Of a stretch of DNA of 64,000 nucleotides, positions 26,690 to 40,807 are shown one piece after another. The position numbers and the translations under genes were made by a program. Source of the stretch: Takakia lepidozioides (lineage: Eukaryota; Plantae; Bryophyta); contig CM060732.1 of the NCBI GenBank assembly GCA_030704615.1, positions 20,026,001-20,090,000 of the forward strand, written 5' to 3'. Below the pieces are notes generated by a model that worked only from the letters and a program-made list of their open reading frames with translations, was not told the origin of the DNA and ran no database searches. The first letter of the stretch is position 1; every line of letters starts with the position of its first letter.

Positions 26690-29600
26690 AAAACAGGGTG
26701 AAATGTGTTGAAGAAGGTGCTTTGATTAACAGTGTCTGATTTGATCAATTGTGTTGCTGCTGCTGCGGCTTCCAGTTGACCATCTACCCATGCAGGTTTC
26801 TTGTACCTATCATTCCACAGAGAATCATAGGTAATATGGAGCTTGAAATCCGGCCATCTTGGATGAATCTGGACCCACATATCTATCCATGCTCCTTCAG
26901 CTATCCATGCCCCTGCACAAATTATGCATACATCCTCGCCTTGCTGCTAGCAGCTGACAATGACAGCCTAGAATTGCTTGAGCAAACACCCCAACCCTAC
27001 TTATCACACTAGTTCCTATGTTGACTTGCGTCTGCTTCCAACAGCCATTCACCTTTTGCCTCGATTGTTCCACCATTGACTGAGGTCGGGAACGTATTCA
27101 TTCTAGAGCTTCTCCTCGAGTCTCTGTTATCTATTTTTCAATATTTTCCTGTCGACCACATTGGCAGTAATATGTCAAAATCACTCCAAAACTACCATAG
27201 ATCCACCAACGAGCTAACTTGCAGAATTCAACATTAAAAATTTAGGGACGACTCTGATAGCAGGGGAAAACAAGGTGAAATATGTTGAAGAAGGTACCTT
27301 CATTAGCAGCGCCTTGTTTTATGAATTGTGCTGTTGCCGCTGCTGTTTCCAGTTGACCATCTACCCACTTGTGGCCGCTGTGAGCTATTGAAGAAGGTGC
27401 CCCCTTCCCCCATCATTTGATCATAGGTCTCCATACCATGTCCTTGCTCTGCATACCCTGCAAGCATCGCGTTCCATGATACCACATCTCGTTCAGCCAT
27501 AATGTTGAAAACTCCCTTTGCATCCTTCATGCACCCACATTTCGCATACATGTCCACCAGGGCAGTGTTCGAAATGACATCTAGTACAATTCCAGCTTTG
27601 ATGATGTCACCATGGACCTCTTTCCCCTTTTCCAGAGGTCCCAGGCTTGCACACGCATTGCAAACACAAACAAACGTGATGTGGTTGGGCTTCACCCCTT
27701 CGCGCAGCATTTGCTCATAGGTCTCCAAAGCATTCCTACCACACCCATGCTTGGTAAATCCTGGCAACATTATATTCCACGTGATCAAAGATCATTGAGA
27801 CATTCTGTTGAAAACTTCGTGAGCATGCATGCATGATGTTCATGCACTTAACATACATGTTTGCTCCTGCACCCACATTTTGCATACATGTCCACCAGGG
27901 TATTGTTCAAAATGACATTTGGTACAATTCCAGCCCTGATGATGTCGCCATGGACCTCTTTGCAAGCCCTTTTCCAGAGCTGCCATGGCTGTGTTCAGAA
28001 TGACATTTGGTACAATTCCAGCTTTGATGATGTCACCATTCACCTCTTTGCCCTTTTCCAGGGCTGCCAAGTTTGCACAAGCATTGCGAGTGCACACAAA
28101 CGTGATGTGGTTGGGCTTCACCCCTTCGCACATCATTTGCTCATACGTCTCCAAAGCCTCCATCCCGCGCCCCTGTTGTGCATTCACTGCGAGCATCGCA
28201 CTCCACGACACCACATTTCGTTCAGCCATATTGTTGAACATTCCCTTTGCATCCTCGATGCTCCCACATTTGGCATACATGTACACCAGGGCAGTGTTCA
28301 GGATCACATCTGGTACGATTCCAGCTCTGACGATGTCACCATGCACCTCTTTGCCCTTTTCCAGGGCTGCCAGGCTTGCACACGCACTACAAACGCACAC
28401 AAACGTGATGTGGTCGGGCTTCACCCCTTCCCCCATCATTTGCTCATAGGTCTCCAAAGCATTCCTACCACACCCATGCTTGGTAAATCCTCCCAACATT
28501 ATATTCCACGTGATCAAATATCATTGAGGCATTTTGTTGAACACTTGGTGAGCATCCATGATGCTCCCGCACTTAACATACATGTTGACAAGGGTGTTGA
28601 GGAGAAAAACATTTAGCGTGAATCCACTTTGGATAATGTGAGTTTGCACCTGATTTTCAGCTTCCAGGCCTTTCACCTTGATGCACTTATGCAAGAGACA
28701 GACATATGTATCTGAATCTGCTGAAATGCCTCCTTGGTTTAAAGTCTGTAGAGCCTCTGTCAGTCTGCCTGCCTCACAAAGCATCTTCACATGCCCATAA
28801 GTGCCAGAAGAGACATTGTGGACTCCCTCTCTTGATCTGCTTCCAGAAGCTGTGGTCACAGTTGAGGTGCCTGGTTTTATCAATTGTGCCGCTGCAGCTG
28901 CTGCCTTCAGTTGACCATCTACCCATGCAGGTTTCTTGTGGCTATTGATCCATAGGGAATCATAGGTAATTTTGTGCTTGAAATCTGGCCCTCTTGGAAG
29001 AATCTGTACCCATTCTCTATCCCTGCTTCTTCAGCTATCCATGCGTCTGCACAAATCATACATTCATCCTTGCCTTGCTGCTAGCAGTTGACAATAACAG
29101 CCTAGACACCCAACTCAGCTTATGACCCTAGTTCCTATGTTGAATTGCGTCGTTACTCTCTATAATCTAACAGACATTCACCTTTTTGCCTCGATTGTCC
29201 CACCGTTAACTGGGGTCACAAAAGTATCCATTCCACAGCTTCTCCTCATCTTTGTTATATACTTTCCTGTTGTCACATCGGCAGTATCATGTCAAACTCG
29301 CTGCAAACTAGATTCACTCAACAAGCTAACTTGCAGAATTCAACATGGAAATTTAGGGCCGATTCTGTGATTGGAAAGAGAACCCAGAGGGATGGAATGG
29401 AAGCAGCAGCATGGGTGTGTCTCTGATGCATCAACAGACAGCGGTCAGACCAAGTTCTATAACCCAAACCCAGAGTGAGCACAATGGCTTTGTAAGGCCA
29501 ATGCCTACAGGGCATATTCAATACTACAATGAGGATATGCAAGCAGCAAATACCATGTGCAAATCAAAAAACAACAAAGGTGGTGAAGGTGCGCAACCTG

Positions 29601-30980
29601 CCAAAGAGAGGGCGGAGTTGAGGAAGGATGAAGCAACTACAGACATTGCAAAATGCTCTGATGCAGGCAGAAGGGAAGACCCAGGCCCTGTCGGGGTTCA
29701 GCTGGCAGAAGAACAAGCTGCTGACAGCAACAACATGGAAGCAGAGTGGATACAAGTTGATTTTGACAAACCTAAGTCCATCAGACAAGGCATCAGAAGG
29801 CCCAAACAAAGAACACTGTGCAAAATCTGTAATAACATGAGACACAGTCGTCACACACTAACCCAACATGGGTCTTGGCAAACTTTCAGCAAAGTTGAAA
29901 CAATCACAGAAGCAAAAAAGGGGCAGGACCTCAAGAGAAGATGTATGGAGTACCTTTTGCAGTGATCAATGAGTACGTGGAAGGAGGTGAAGCTTACCCA
30001 TTGCCAAGCACGGAGTACATGATGCAACCAACAGCACAAGTATCATGTCAGTTCACTCATAATGAGCTGGAGGCACTGGATGAGTTGGACGAGATATACC
30101 ATATAAGTGATCACACTCCAATAAGACTACAACAACACCCCACATCAACATGTTGACACGGGGAAGTGCAAAGAAGGCCAAAATAGGGGATGGGATGCCA
30201 ATTCTGGCATTCGCCTTTTTGTCTCCATTGTCCCACCATTGACTGGGGTCGGAAAGTGTTCACCCCAAAGCTTCTCCTCACCTCTATTATAAGTTTTTGG
30301 ATACTTCCATGCTGCCACACTGGCAGTAACTTGCCAAAGTCACTCCAAACCACCACAGATCTACCCAACGACCTAACTTACAGAATTCAATATGCATCTT
30401 GCGGCCGAGTCTGATGAGAGGGCAACACGGGCTGAAATAGGTTGAAGAAGAAGGTCCCCTTCCACATTGTCCTTGACCTGTCCTGACCCATGGAGGATTT
30501 GACCGACCATCAACCTAAAAGGACCTCTTGTGTGTGCTGCTTGTGTCTGTAGTCAGGTAATGTCGGATTGGTCTGTGAGATCGAACCACTACGGTGTAGT
30601 TGAGTAGTCAGAGATTGAAACACGCATGCTAAGACCAACCTTACAGAGAGAAGCAGATGCATTTCAGATTGTGATAAGTAGGGTTGGGGTGTTTTGGGGA
30701 AGAACTCCACACCAGTATGGTTGGGGTGTTTGCTAGTAGAATTCTAGGCTGTCAGAGGCATGGATAGCTGAAGGAGCAGGGATAGAGTGTGGGTCCAGAT
30801 TCATCCAAGAGGGCTGGATTTCAAGCTCCACATTACCTATGATCCCCTGTGGAAGGATAGCTATAAGAAACCTACATGGGTAGATGGTCAACTGGAGCGG
30901 CAGCAGCAGCGGCACAATTGATAAGGTCAGGCACTTCTACTGAAGGCACCTCCTTCAGCACATTTCACCCTGTTTTTCCC
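26690..30980. repeat. Dispersed local duplications of the sequence at the PPR 5' end
   Basis: The GTTGACCATCTACCCATGCAGGTTTCTTGT block occurs near 26775, 27352 (partial) and 28910, and inverted near 30865; a linked block recurs near 27050, 29180 and 30215. Confidence 0.75.
27390..28880 (-). pseudogene. PLS-class PPR pseudogene with no E/DYW domain visible
   Basis: Repeated NTALVDMYAKCG..DAKGVF..MAERDVVSWNAML and ITFVCVCNACASL motifs; TGA stops near 28521 and 27795, frameshifts and truncation. Confidence 0.9.
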
Positions 30981-31577
30981 TCTTATCCGTTTTTTGCGAG
31001 CTATCTTCTCTTATCTGTTTGTCTGCCCAGTCTTCAGTGAATGCGTCAAGGCTTTGTGTTTTGGCTTCTTCCTCGCTTTTGTCACCCTCTCCCATGAATA
31101 TCTCTGGTTGGCGCTCAAACCCTGCTGAGCTGTAGATGTTGTCCATGCCAATGCATTCTTCTTCACCAAATCCATGTTTTGGCCCTAAATCCTTGATGTC
31201 TTGGCTGGATACATCCAGTGTTATTATGAGGTCCTCAGTGTTATGTTCGTTATGAATGTCCATTGAGTTTTTGGGGAGGGTTCCTTAGTCGAGTTTCTGA
31301 TTTCCATCCAATGATTTTGCCTCTTTTGATAAATCATTAGGCTTGATTAGCAGTGTATTCACAAATCCAAAGTGAATGTCGTTGACGACATTCACTTCTA
31401 TGTCGGTGTCATTCCAAAGCGAGAGTTTGCATTCAGGCGGATTAGGGTGTATTTGCAGTATCATTGAATGGAATGTTTTGAATGGCATTGACGACATTCA
31501 CATCCGGAGCTGTCGTGTGGTCCTGAAAGGTCCTTGGAGCAGTTCTCGGAGCCATTTCATTCCATGTTTTTTTCATT

Positions 31578-33495
31578 ATGTGCTACTTGCATCTTACTCA
31601 CTTTGCGCTTTGGTGGGTTGGGATTCATCTCATGTTTAACAAGTACACGAAATATGTGCTTATGGAAGGAAATCAACTGAGCGGTATTCCATACTATCTT
31701 GACATGTGGTCGGACCTTGCAAACGATCCAACCATGTATACTGCAGGGATATTGAAGGACTGGAGTCCTTCTCACTTCAGAGACTGTGGCTGGTACCTTG
31801 ACTGCCCACCGGAGCACACGACCTTTCAAGAACAGCATATGAAATATTTGAACAATAATGCTGAGATGCTGGCGCCTCTGACTGACAAAGAGTACCAAAG
31901 AAACATAGTAACATTGGCTGCCGAGGAGCCTGATGCTCAGGGAACGCCGCAGAAGGGAAAGAAGGCGGGCCGCAAACCAAAAGACAAGGCTCTTGATGTC
32001 ATAGCCATCTCATCAGCAAAGCCAAAGGACAAAGACAAGTCCAAAGAGAAGGAAAAGGACAAGGGGAAGGAGAAAGAAAAGGAGATGGAGAGTGGGCAGG
32101 ATTTCACTGCTGGAAGATATACCCGCACAGTTCAGTGCGTGTTCGATGCCAAGCCACACCCTTCCCGTTCTGATTCGGCAGGAGAGATTAAAATTGTCAA
32201 TGAGGGTTGGCTGTCGATGATGCAGAGTCGAAAGAGAGGATACACTGGGGTGCCTTCGCCTACCTGGGACAACATAATCTCATTCCTCAATCTGGTGAGA
32301 ATTCCAGTTTCTTTCATTGGCAGTATTTCAGTCTGGTTCTTTGAAAACATTCTTGCCATCGTTCTTAAGAAAAACATGTCCGTTGCAGGTGAGCACAGGT
32401 CCCACCTTCGTGTGCGGTGTGAAGAAAACATATGCGGCTGACATTGTCATTCTCGACATCCCGGATGGCCAGGCTGTGCCAGAAGTTTTTCCAAAGGGCA
32501 AGACGCCAGGCTGGAACAAATTCGAGGACAACTACTGGAGTTGGGTGTTCGGGTTCTGTAATAATTTCCTCTCTGATGCAGGGACACTTCTGCTTTTTCA
32601 GTCATGTGACAAAGATAGTCGTCGGGCATTGGCATCATACCTGAAGTCTTCAGGGTTTGAAGTTTTGCGCACATGGAATTGTGTGAACAGCCTCTACCTT
32701 GTGAAAGGGGGTTTCCCTGGTCAGCTGGTATGCCGTCTCCCTTCTGCTTGTGCTTTCATGATGAGTTTCAATGTTCTCTGCAGCTCCACTCTATAAGAAT
32801 CTGTCTTGATCGACACCGATCATCACCGATTCATGATAAAAATGATTGTTTTGTGCCTGAGTTCTGAATAGCCGATGTACACACTTCTATAGATTGTGTT
32901 TACCACACTAACCTGCTATCTTTGGCAGACAAGGATGTTCGAGGCGATCTGCCTGCGGAGGATTCGCACCTCCAAGACACCATCCTCCATCCGCAGCTTT
33001 GAGATTTCTGACCAGGGTTGTTTCGTCAACCCCCCCTATGAGCCGCATGTCGATGACATTTTGTACAACTTCATGCAGTCCAGTTTGAAGAGACCAGATG
33101 GCACTCCCTGGAGAGGTGCAAAAGAAAAATCCCCGTCGTTCATGCAAATACTGCTGGAGTCATGCAGCCGCCACTCTGCACGGGTGGTCGATCTTTCTGT
33201 GTCCACAGGTTCGTTCTCTCCCTTCCGAATTGATTTTCTTTCACCAGTTCCATCTGCTTAAATCCCCCCCCACCAAACTGTTTATGTCCTCCTGTTTGGT
33301 GCAGGAGCAACTTACCATGCATGCAAGGCAAGCGGAAGAAGCCTTTTTGGCATGGAGGGTGATTCTGACCTCTACAATACAATGTTCCTCCCTCTTTTGT
33401 CTGGCTCCACTTCAGGCACACAGACTGATCGGATTCAAATTCGAAATGATGACGATCCCGAAGATAAGCAGGTCGACAACGACTTTTCATGTGAG
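31578..33495 (+). CDS. Spliced cargo block with a Lys/Glu-rich linker and a beta-class N4/N6 DNA methyltransferase-like domain
   Basis: Exons approximately 31578-32294, 32389-32727, 32929-33208 and 33305-33490 give ADIVILDIPDG..FLSDAGTLLLF..PWRGAKEKSPSFMQILLESCSRHSARVVDLSVSTGATYHACKASGRSLFGMEGD. This parallels the N6_N4_Mtase order DPPY..LKPGG..QKP.L..LI..VLDPF.GSGTT..A...GR..IG.E.D. Confidence 0.72.
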
Positions 33496-35139
33496 TAAGT
33501 GCTAAACCCACTTTGGGAGTCATACTCAATTTCTCAATAACATCAAAGTTACAGTAATAACTTTTTCAGGTTGTCTTTCAGGAAAGGCAGCGGTGGATCT
33601 TCAGGAGATACAGTCATTTGTGGCGAGTCTGTTTTTGACAGCCCCCTTTCCAATTTTCTGCTTCCTGATTATGCCAAAGCAATGGCACTTCACGCGGCCG
33701 AGTCCCTATCCCCTGAATTTTTACTGCCCGGCCGTAGGTGTAGCCAGCGTAGATCCGGAGTTCTTAAATACTTAGACTTAGATGCAGAGGAAGTGGGGAT
33801 ACATTGTACTGACTCTGAGTCAGACTGAACTATGTTCTTTTACTATTCTGTTTCATCCTCTTTGGAAAACGTTGAATCCCCTTCCTCCACCGTAGTTGTT
33901 CCTTTGGAAAGAAAAATAATCAAAGAATCAACTACCATTTAAATTGCAATATGTATGAATCCATCTCACAAACCTCCCTCACTCTTGTCATATCCATTGT
34001 GCTTTCATCTACAGTGTATTCATGAGTGCTCCATTCCTGAACGTTTTCCTTTGTTCAACATCCATTGTACATTCATCCTCTGTACTCTTTAATCCACCCC
34101 ACAAACCTTCCACACTCATGTCATATACGTTGTGCATTCGTCTAAAGTTTTAGTCATGCATCTTCCTGTCATGAATGTTTGTCATTGCTCAACATCCATT
34201 ATACATTCATCCATTTGACTCTTATCCATCCCTCATTCATCCATCTACATTCATTTTTCACACTCATCCATCTGTTTATCATCCAACTGTACATTCATCC
34301 ATCCTTTATTCAATGCCTTTTATTATGTCGTCCAGTTTGTTTCCGCGGTAAAGGGGGCCAATCCGCGGGAATACACTCCACTTCTTCCTGGGCGCGTGGT
34401 GACGCGGTCTTCAAGTGTGATGACGTGGAGTGAGCCCCGTGATGTGGCATTGGCGCAAGGTGATGTGGCGTGAGCGTAGTTGCGCTCACGCGCTCGCGTG
34501 ACCAGGCTCACACCGAGGCATCCCTGCGTGGGATGGAGGCGTTGAGCAAATGATGCACGAAGGAGAAGAGGAGGAGGAGACGAGACGAGGAGAAGCGAGC
34601 TCGCCATTCTTGAGAACGCCATTCACAAAATTACGAACAAGGAACCAATTAATTAGCTCCCAATCCATGTAAATTCAAATTGTCGCTGGTGAATGACACA
34701 GACATAGAAGTGAATGTCGTCAACGACATTCACTATGGATCTCTGGTAACACAGCTAATCAAGCCTCAAGATTTCTCGCAAGAGGCAAAAGCAATGCAGA
34801 ACAACTGAATGTCTGCATTGACATTCAGCAAACTGAAGTGAGGAACCCTCACTGTAAACTCTATGGACATTACAAAAACTTACATAACTCTGAGGACCTC
34901 TCAACAACTCTGGATGTGAATGTCGTCAACGCCATTCAGGGACATTATCAATTCTAATCAGGGACACTATAATTACACCCTAAGCTCCTAATCCAGGTGA
35001 ATTCAAATTCTCGCTTAAGAATGACTCAGACAAAGAAGTGAATGTCGTCAACGACATTCAATTTGGATCTACGATTACAATCCTTATGAAGCCAAATTAT
35101 TTCCCAAAAAGTGCAGTAGAGTTTCCAGTATGATATTGC

Positions 35140-38030
35140 ACCTGTACACAACTCGCATCATGGCCCACTCTCCTCCAACCTGACTGTCAAAGTCGTTGGA
35201 CCGTAAAATGTTACCATCTTTGGAGAATTCCCGGAAAAAAACAATATCTCCAGGTGAGACCTCTCCACTTCCTTATGTATGCCTCCAATGACATTTGGGG
35301 AGGGGAAACAATCGAAATGTTCAAGTCCTTCAAAGTCTGATCCAGCACAATGACGGCGCGCTTTTCGAGCTGCAAATTGTATATTTGTCAGTATTGCAAA
35401 TAAGATACTCATCACATAATTGAAGAAAAGAAAACGGCTTATTTGAATACACACCTGACTCCAAAATGTAGCCTTGTGGAGCCAGTTATCAAACACCAAA
35501 TCACTGATTTCTTCCACCTTTGTGTCAGGCTGTATGGTGCTCTTTGGGAACTGATTCAAGTCCTTTACTGTCTGATCTGAGTTCCATATCTCCAGCCACC
35601 TTATTTTTGTTTGTGGGTCGACCATGGATATGGCCAGCCGGTGCAATTTCTCCTGCTGCATCTCCGGATGCACATGCTTGTCATAGTGAGATTTGATCTG
35701 CTGAAGGAACTTAGAACCAAGTCCAGGATCTACTATTCTAAGCTGCTTTCCGAAGGCGGACATCAATTTGATTCTTCGCATTTCAAACTCCTTTTTTATT
35801 GCTGCTTCCACACCCTTTGATGTCCTTAGTTCCTCTGGTGTAGTGCGGTAATATTCGGATTTTCTCTTCTCAGCTGCCTCTGCCAATTCTTGCTGCATCG
35901 ATTCAAATAGTGATTAGCACCGAAGGAACTACAAACATGTATTCGAAAAGTAAACTGAGTACAGACTCGGGCTTACCGCATACATATACTCCAGAAACGT
36001 CTCTCGAGTCAAAGAATACCAAGTGCCTGCAGCTCTTCCTGTTTCGCACTTCTTGATTATATTGGGGGGGAGTACTGTCCAAAAATCATCCAGCTTCATC
36101 AGACCAATCCTCTGAATTCGGAAGTGTGGACCAAGCTTGTTGTCACATGCGATTTCTCTGTCGATCTGCAAAAACATTGGAAACATTGCATTCCTTAATA
36201 CTGTTTTTTGGGGATTAACAAGACACTACAGAGGGAATGAAATCTCCAGGATGACTTACTTGTTCACGTCGTGCATAGCTGTAAGAAGCCTAGCGATGTC
36301 GTTTCCTGGATCCAAAACCATTGTCTCCACAACAACATGCTTGTCTTTGTCTTTCGCATGGTGTTTCTGGATGTATCCCATCCATGCCAGCAATCGGTGG
36401 TTGCCGTCCCAGACGTAGAACATGTGGTTGTAGAATTGCTGGGTGTTCTTTCCCATCATGAGGCCCAGCTCGAACTCCTCATTGGCATCTTTCCAGCACT
36501 CATCCCAGTTATCACTGATCTCTGGAGACACTAATGTGCTTTTCCCATTTATATCCGTCAGTGATACATAAAAAACTTGTGCACCAAGTCTGTATCCATG
36601 CACAAAATCACTCTCCAATTTTGTTATGTCATGGGAAAGAGGTGGACGCACAACAGGCATAGATATCATCCGGCACAGAGGGATGTCCAGATGCCCTCCA
36701 GATACGAGCATGTCCCTTATAACCTCATGAGAGTTTACCTTCTGGAATGACATGAGTTCTTTCACCTTGTCAAGGTAGTGCACTTTTGATTCATCTGCTT
36801 CATCTGTATTCTCTAAGCTTTTTCCAGACTCGTCCCCATCTCCAGATCATTTCCCCTCTGGTCCAGTAGGCTTGGACCTCACAATTTTTTGCACGATGCC
36901 ATTCAAATCTGACTGAGTAATTTGCAAATAGTGAACGGCGATAACGACCATCACTCTGTCTCGAAGAAACTCAAAATGAATGGTGTGAAACAAATTCAGA
37001 ACCATCTACACAAGAAAAGCTGATCCTGCCAAATTCAAAACAAAAGCGAGAGCGATAGCGAACGGCGTTAACGACAATCACAAAAGATAAGGACCTGTCG
37101 GATCGGTGTTGTGTAATGACATATATGTGTAAGTGATTGGCGGCAACGACATTCAGTATAGTTTAGGGTGGACAGTAAGTGCAGATTATTCAGATTGACT
37201 CCATTGTGATTACCGTCGCAAGCATTCACGGTTTCCTGTCTATGTCGAGAGTACTTTCCAATCCATACTCTACCTGAATCTACAGTATGGTCTTCAAATC
37301 TTTGATTGGCGGTACCGCCTTTCCACTTCTCTATCTATTCAACCTCATACAAAGAAAATGCATTGCAATACATTATGACTGAATATGCCGACCCTCACTC
37401 TCTCTTCAAACACATATGTAAGTAAATCTCATGAGGAGAATCGAATGGCGTTAACGACGCTCGCAATTCAGTAGACTTCAATCACATGTTCCTGCTAAAG
37501 AAGGGAAGAGGAAGGACTGCTTGAAAGGCAATCATACAGACTGTATGATCTGAACAACGGTGAATGACGGTACCGTCAGTGCGGTAAACCCTTAAAAGAG
37601 GAGTAGAAAGCAAATCACCGTTGTTTCGTGGTGATGGTCGGTAGCGACAATCCCTTTCTGGGACATTCCACTCAATCTCTACGCAGATCTTCAACAATGA
37701 AATGTAAGTTAGAGAAAACTTACTGGCGCCTTCTTAGGTTTTGAAATTGGATCCCCTTCTGCAGCTTTCCTCTTCCCTCTCACATCTGCTGGAATTTTTG
37801 TCTGCTCTAGGGTTTCTGGACCTTCTCCCGGTTCAGCGTTCCTCGTACTTCCACCTCCTTCAGTTTCCCTGCGAGTCATCTCTGCATCCACAGGCTGGTT
37901 TCCAACGCGCACCGTTATCGCCGACTGTGTCACAACCGCTGCCTCAGTCTCGGTCTGCTCTTGTGAATCAGTCTCCGCGTTCACCTGCTGCCTTGGCCCT
38001 GTGTTCTCCAACAAACAACGCCTCGTCATT
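35140..38030 (-). CDS. Spliced cargo block with a ParB/Sulfiredoxin-like domain (copy A)
   Basis: ORF 36256-36783 reads LDIPLCRMISMPVVRP..FYVWDGNHRLLAW, a GxxR-type ParB/Srx box; flanking GT-AG exons; probable homopolymer frameshifts. Confidence 0.7.
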
Positions 38031-38852
38031 TGCTCTCTTGCTCTGCGTCTCTCTCTAAGGGAAGTAAAATAAAGAGACTTTCTTCTCTTTTGTATTGTAG
38101 AAGGAACCCTCTCCAGCTTGACTACCACTCTCCCTCTAAGCGCGAAAAGTAGAAAAACGAAGTGACTCCCGATTTCTTGCGGGATTGCGTGCGTTGTTGC
38201 TTGTCTCTAGAAGCATCGGATTCCCTCTCGCGTGACCGTTACACATAGTCGTTCCCTTATTAGTGCACATGCCAGCAATTAGTGTACAGCTGTTCGTATT
38301 CAGTTATCGATGTCTGACGTGTGTCGCCCAAAATAAACGGCGTGTTCTTTATTAGAACGGTTTCAATATTTAAAAATAACATCGAATCCCACTTGGCGCA
38401 CAGTCTTAGACAAATATATGTAAATGAACGAGAGTTTGATGACAAATTTTGGGATATCATACACGGTCATCCTTGTTAGCCAACCCCGCGTTCGTTTCAC
38501 ATTTTGAACTTTCCAGGTGTGCATGATCATTGATAGTAGTATAAAGATACATTTACTTAATCTGCAATCCCACCCTCAGATCCTGTGGCATGCTTCCAAG
38601 AAGTCGGCTTGTTATTGTGTTTATTGATGAGGTTATGATTAACGGTTTAACAGCTGCCGACATTGCTCCTAAGGATACTCTGACCACTGGGCCACAAGAA
38701 AAGTAATTAAAATGGACGGCTGCATATCTGGAAAGAATAAAAGAATATGCACAGTCGTCGTCTTAGCTTCCTCCGCCATATTCTCTGCTCATTCTTCAAC
38801 TGTGTTCTGGAGACATCAGTAAACCGATTTACACTGAAGGTCTGCGATAGCA

Positions 38853-39761
38853 ATGTATCAACGTACGCGAGGAAGGAAGATGGCTTCCTCTGAAGCGGAG
38901 TTCTTATCTGACGACAAACCAGTGTCGTTCTCACAGGAAGTCCTTGACAATGGATTTGCAATTGTTCTGGAACATGTCTTGGCTACCCGTTTTCAGCTTC
39001 AGAATGGCTCCATCTTTTTGGAGAAAGAGGTGTACGATTTGAAAGGGAAGTTGTTGAAATACTCTTTCCAAAACCGTGATGAGACGGCTCATATCAGCCA
39101 GTGGAGAGTGCGCCCTGGTCGATACAGAGTACTTGGAGAGCCTCGGCGAAAGTCCCTTGGGTCATATGTGATGCCCGGGACTGCTGCTTCGGTCGTTGAA
39201 GACAAGAGGGAGGTGGTGGTGAAAAAAGAACAGACGTCCTCCACTCCAATCGTTGAGGTTTTGGATTCGTCCGATGATGACATAAGTGAAATTCCAAATC
39301 CAGTCCTTCCTACTGCGGTTGGAGAAGCTGATGAAGAAGAGATTTGTAGTGTCATTCCAAAATTACGGGCGATGGGAGGAAAGGCTGGATTCAAAAGTGA
39401 GTTGTGAGGAATGGATTGGGAATCTTTGAAGCAGGTGCCTGTCAAGTTCTTGCCAGAGACTTTTGATGGCGATATCCTATTCGAGCTGCCTCCTCCTCCG
39501 CGAGTTGGAGGTGTAACAATCATGATGCATGGAATGGACAAGAAACACGACGGGCACCCATGGTGCAGAACAAAAACATCCAATATTCAGAATGATGACA
39601 AGCTTGTTTTCAGGAGAACAGTTTGCAACGGACACCTTAGGTGTGATAATTTGAATTGCAAACATTTTCTTCAGTCTGGGGTTCATAATCAAAGCGAATG
39701 GGAGGGTTTGGCGGAAAATCCATTTCAGCCTGGGACTGCCCCACCACCGGCAAACACTTTT
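38853..39761 (+). pseudogene. 5' part of the element X transposase (copy A)
   Basis: Same sequence as 44112-43207; TGA at 39405; cut at 39761. Confidence 0.85.
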
Positions 39762-40150
39762 AACCACTAGAATAGTGGTTCCAATTACTGCAGTATCTTT
39801 CACCACCCACTCTCCACCACTGTCAAAGTGGTACAAATCAATGAGGTGTCTTTAACCACTCAAGATCAACGTGCACTGTCCCCGTCTACGTGGAATATTA
39901 TATTTATGAATTAAAATATATTTCCAAATCATAAATCACAAATAAAATTTGAATTATTACACGTGGAGTAGCAAGTGGTTTCCACCACTTCCCATCACTG
40001 AGGTGTCTATAACCACTCACAATGTACCACTACACTCGTCCACGTGGAATATTATATTATATTAATTAAAATGTATTACCAAATAAATAAATAAAAATAA
40101 AAATAAATTATTACACGTGGACTACTGAGTGGTTGAAACCACTTCCAACC
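39762..40150. repeat. AACCACT/AGTGGT-rich region with a ~155-bp duplication
   Basis: TGAGGTGTCT..CACGTGGAATATTA..ATTATTACACGTGGA occurs twice (about 39842 and 39999); small hairpins. Possibly the subterminal region of another DNA transposon. Confidence 0.6.
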
Positions 40151-40807
40151 ATTGTCTGTGCAACGACGCAATGGCGTGAGCGTTGCACGTGAGCGCGCGA
40201 GCGTACGCTCATGCAGGAGTGATGTGGCGTGAGCGTATGCTCACGCCAGCTGACGTGGCGTAAGCCTGCACCCATGCTGATATGGCATGAGCGTCATGTC
40301 AGCATGCTGATGTGGCGACAAATGATGACGTGGCACTGTCCGTCATCTGCCACGTCAGCATTAACATGCGCCGCCTATAACCGAGGATGGTCCTATGACC
40401 GTGGAATTAATGCAGGGAATCTTGCCTAAATAGAATCAAGACTACCATGAGGCCTACAATTGTAGCATCCAACATTGTGCAATTACAAATGCTTGTTTCA
40501 CTTTTACAATTACGAGGACGAGAAAATATCCTCACAAAGTGTGCGCCATAAAGGCTACCACGGGAAGACATTCCTTCCTCCTCAAATAACAATGAGAGTT
40601 AGGATCATCTTCAAAAGATGATTGTAGTGCATAGCGACAGCAAGACATGTAGACTTCGAACGGTGCAATGACAAATGTGCTTTTAAAAGTTGCCACTCAG
40701 AGCTCACTCCGTATAGTTGGAGGCCATATCATTGCACCGCCGACGAATTGATGTGAATTACACATTTCAAATCATGGTCATCTACATACCACATTGCATA
40801 GTTGATG

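Larger units (their letters stand above)
31211..39761. mobile_element. Mutator-like element X, copy A (rearranged; transposase truncated)
   Basis: 31211-33039 is a direct copy of 48370-50218, and 34614-39761 is an inverted copy of 43207-48358. A terminal-like sequence ends ..GGCATCCC at 34524. Confidence 0.85.

Noticed and set aside
29411-30156. ORF with CKICNNMRH resembling a LINE ORF1 zinc knuckle
   Set aside because: The motif is incomplete and has no supporting domains.
39765-39775. CACTAG as a CACTA terminus
   Set aside because: It is part of a local AACCACTA..TAGTGGTT hairpin motif; no matching end or TSD.
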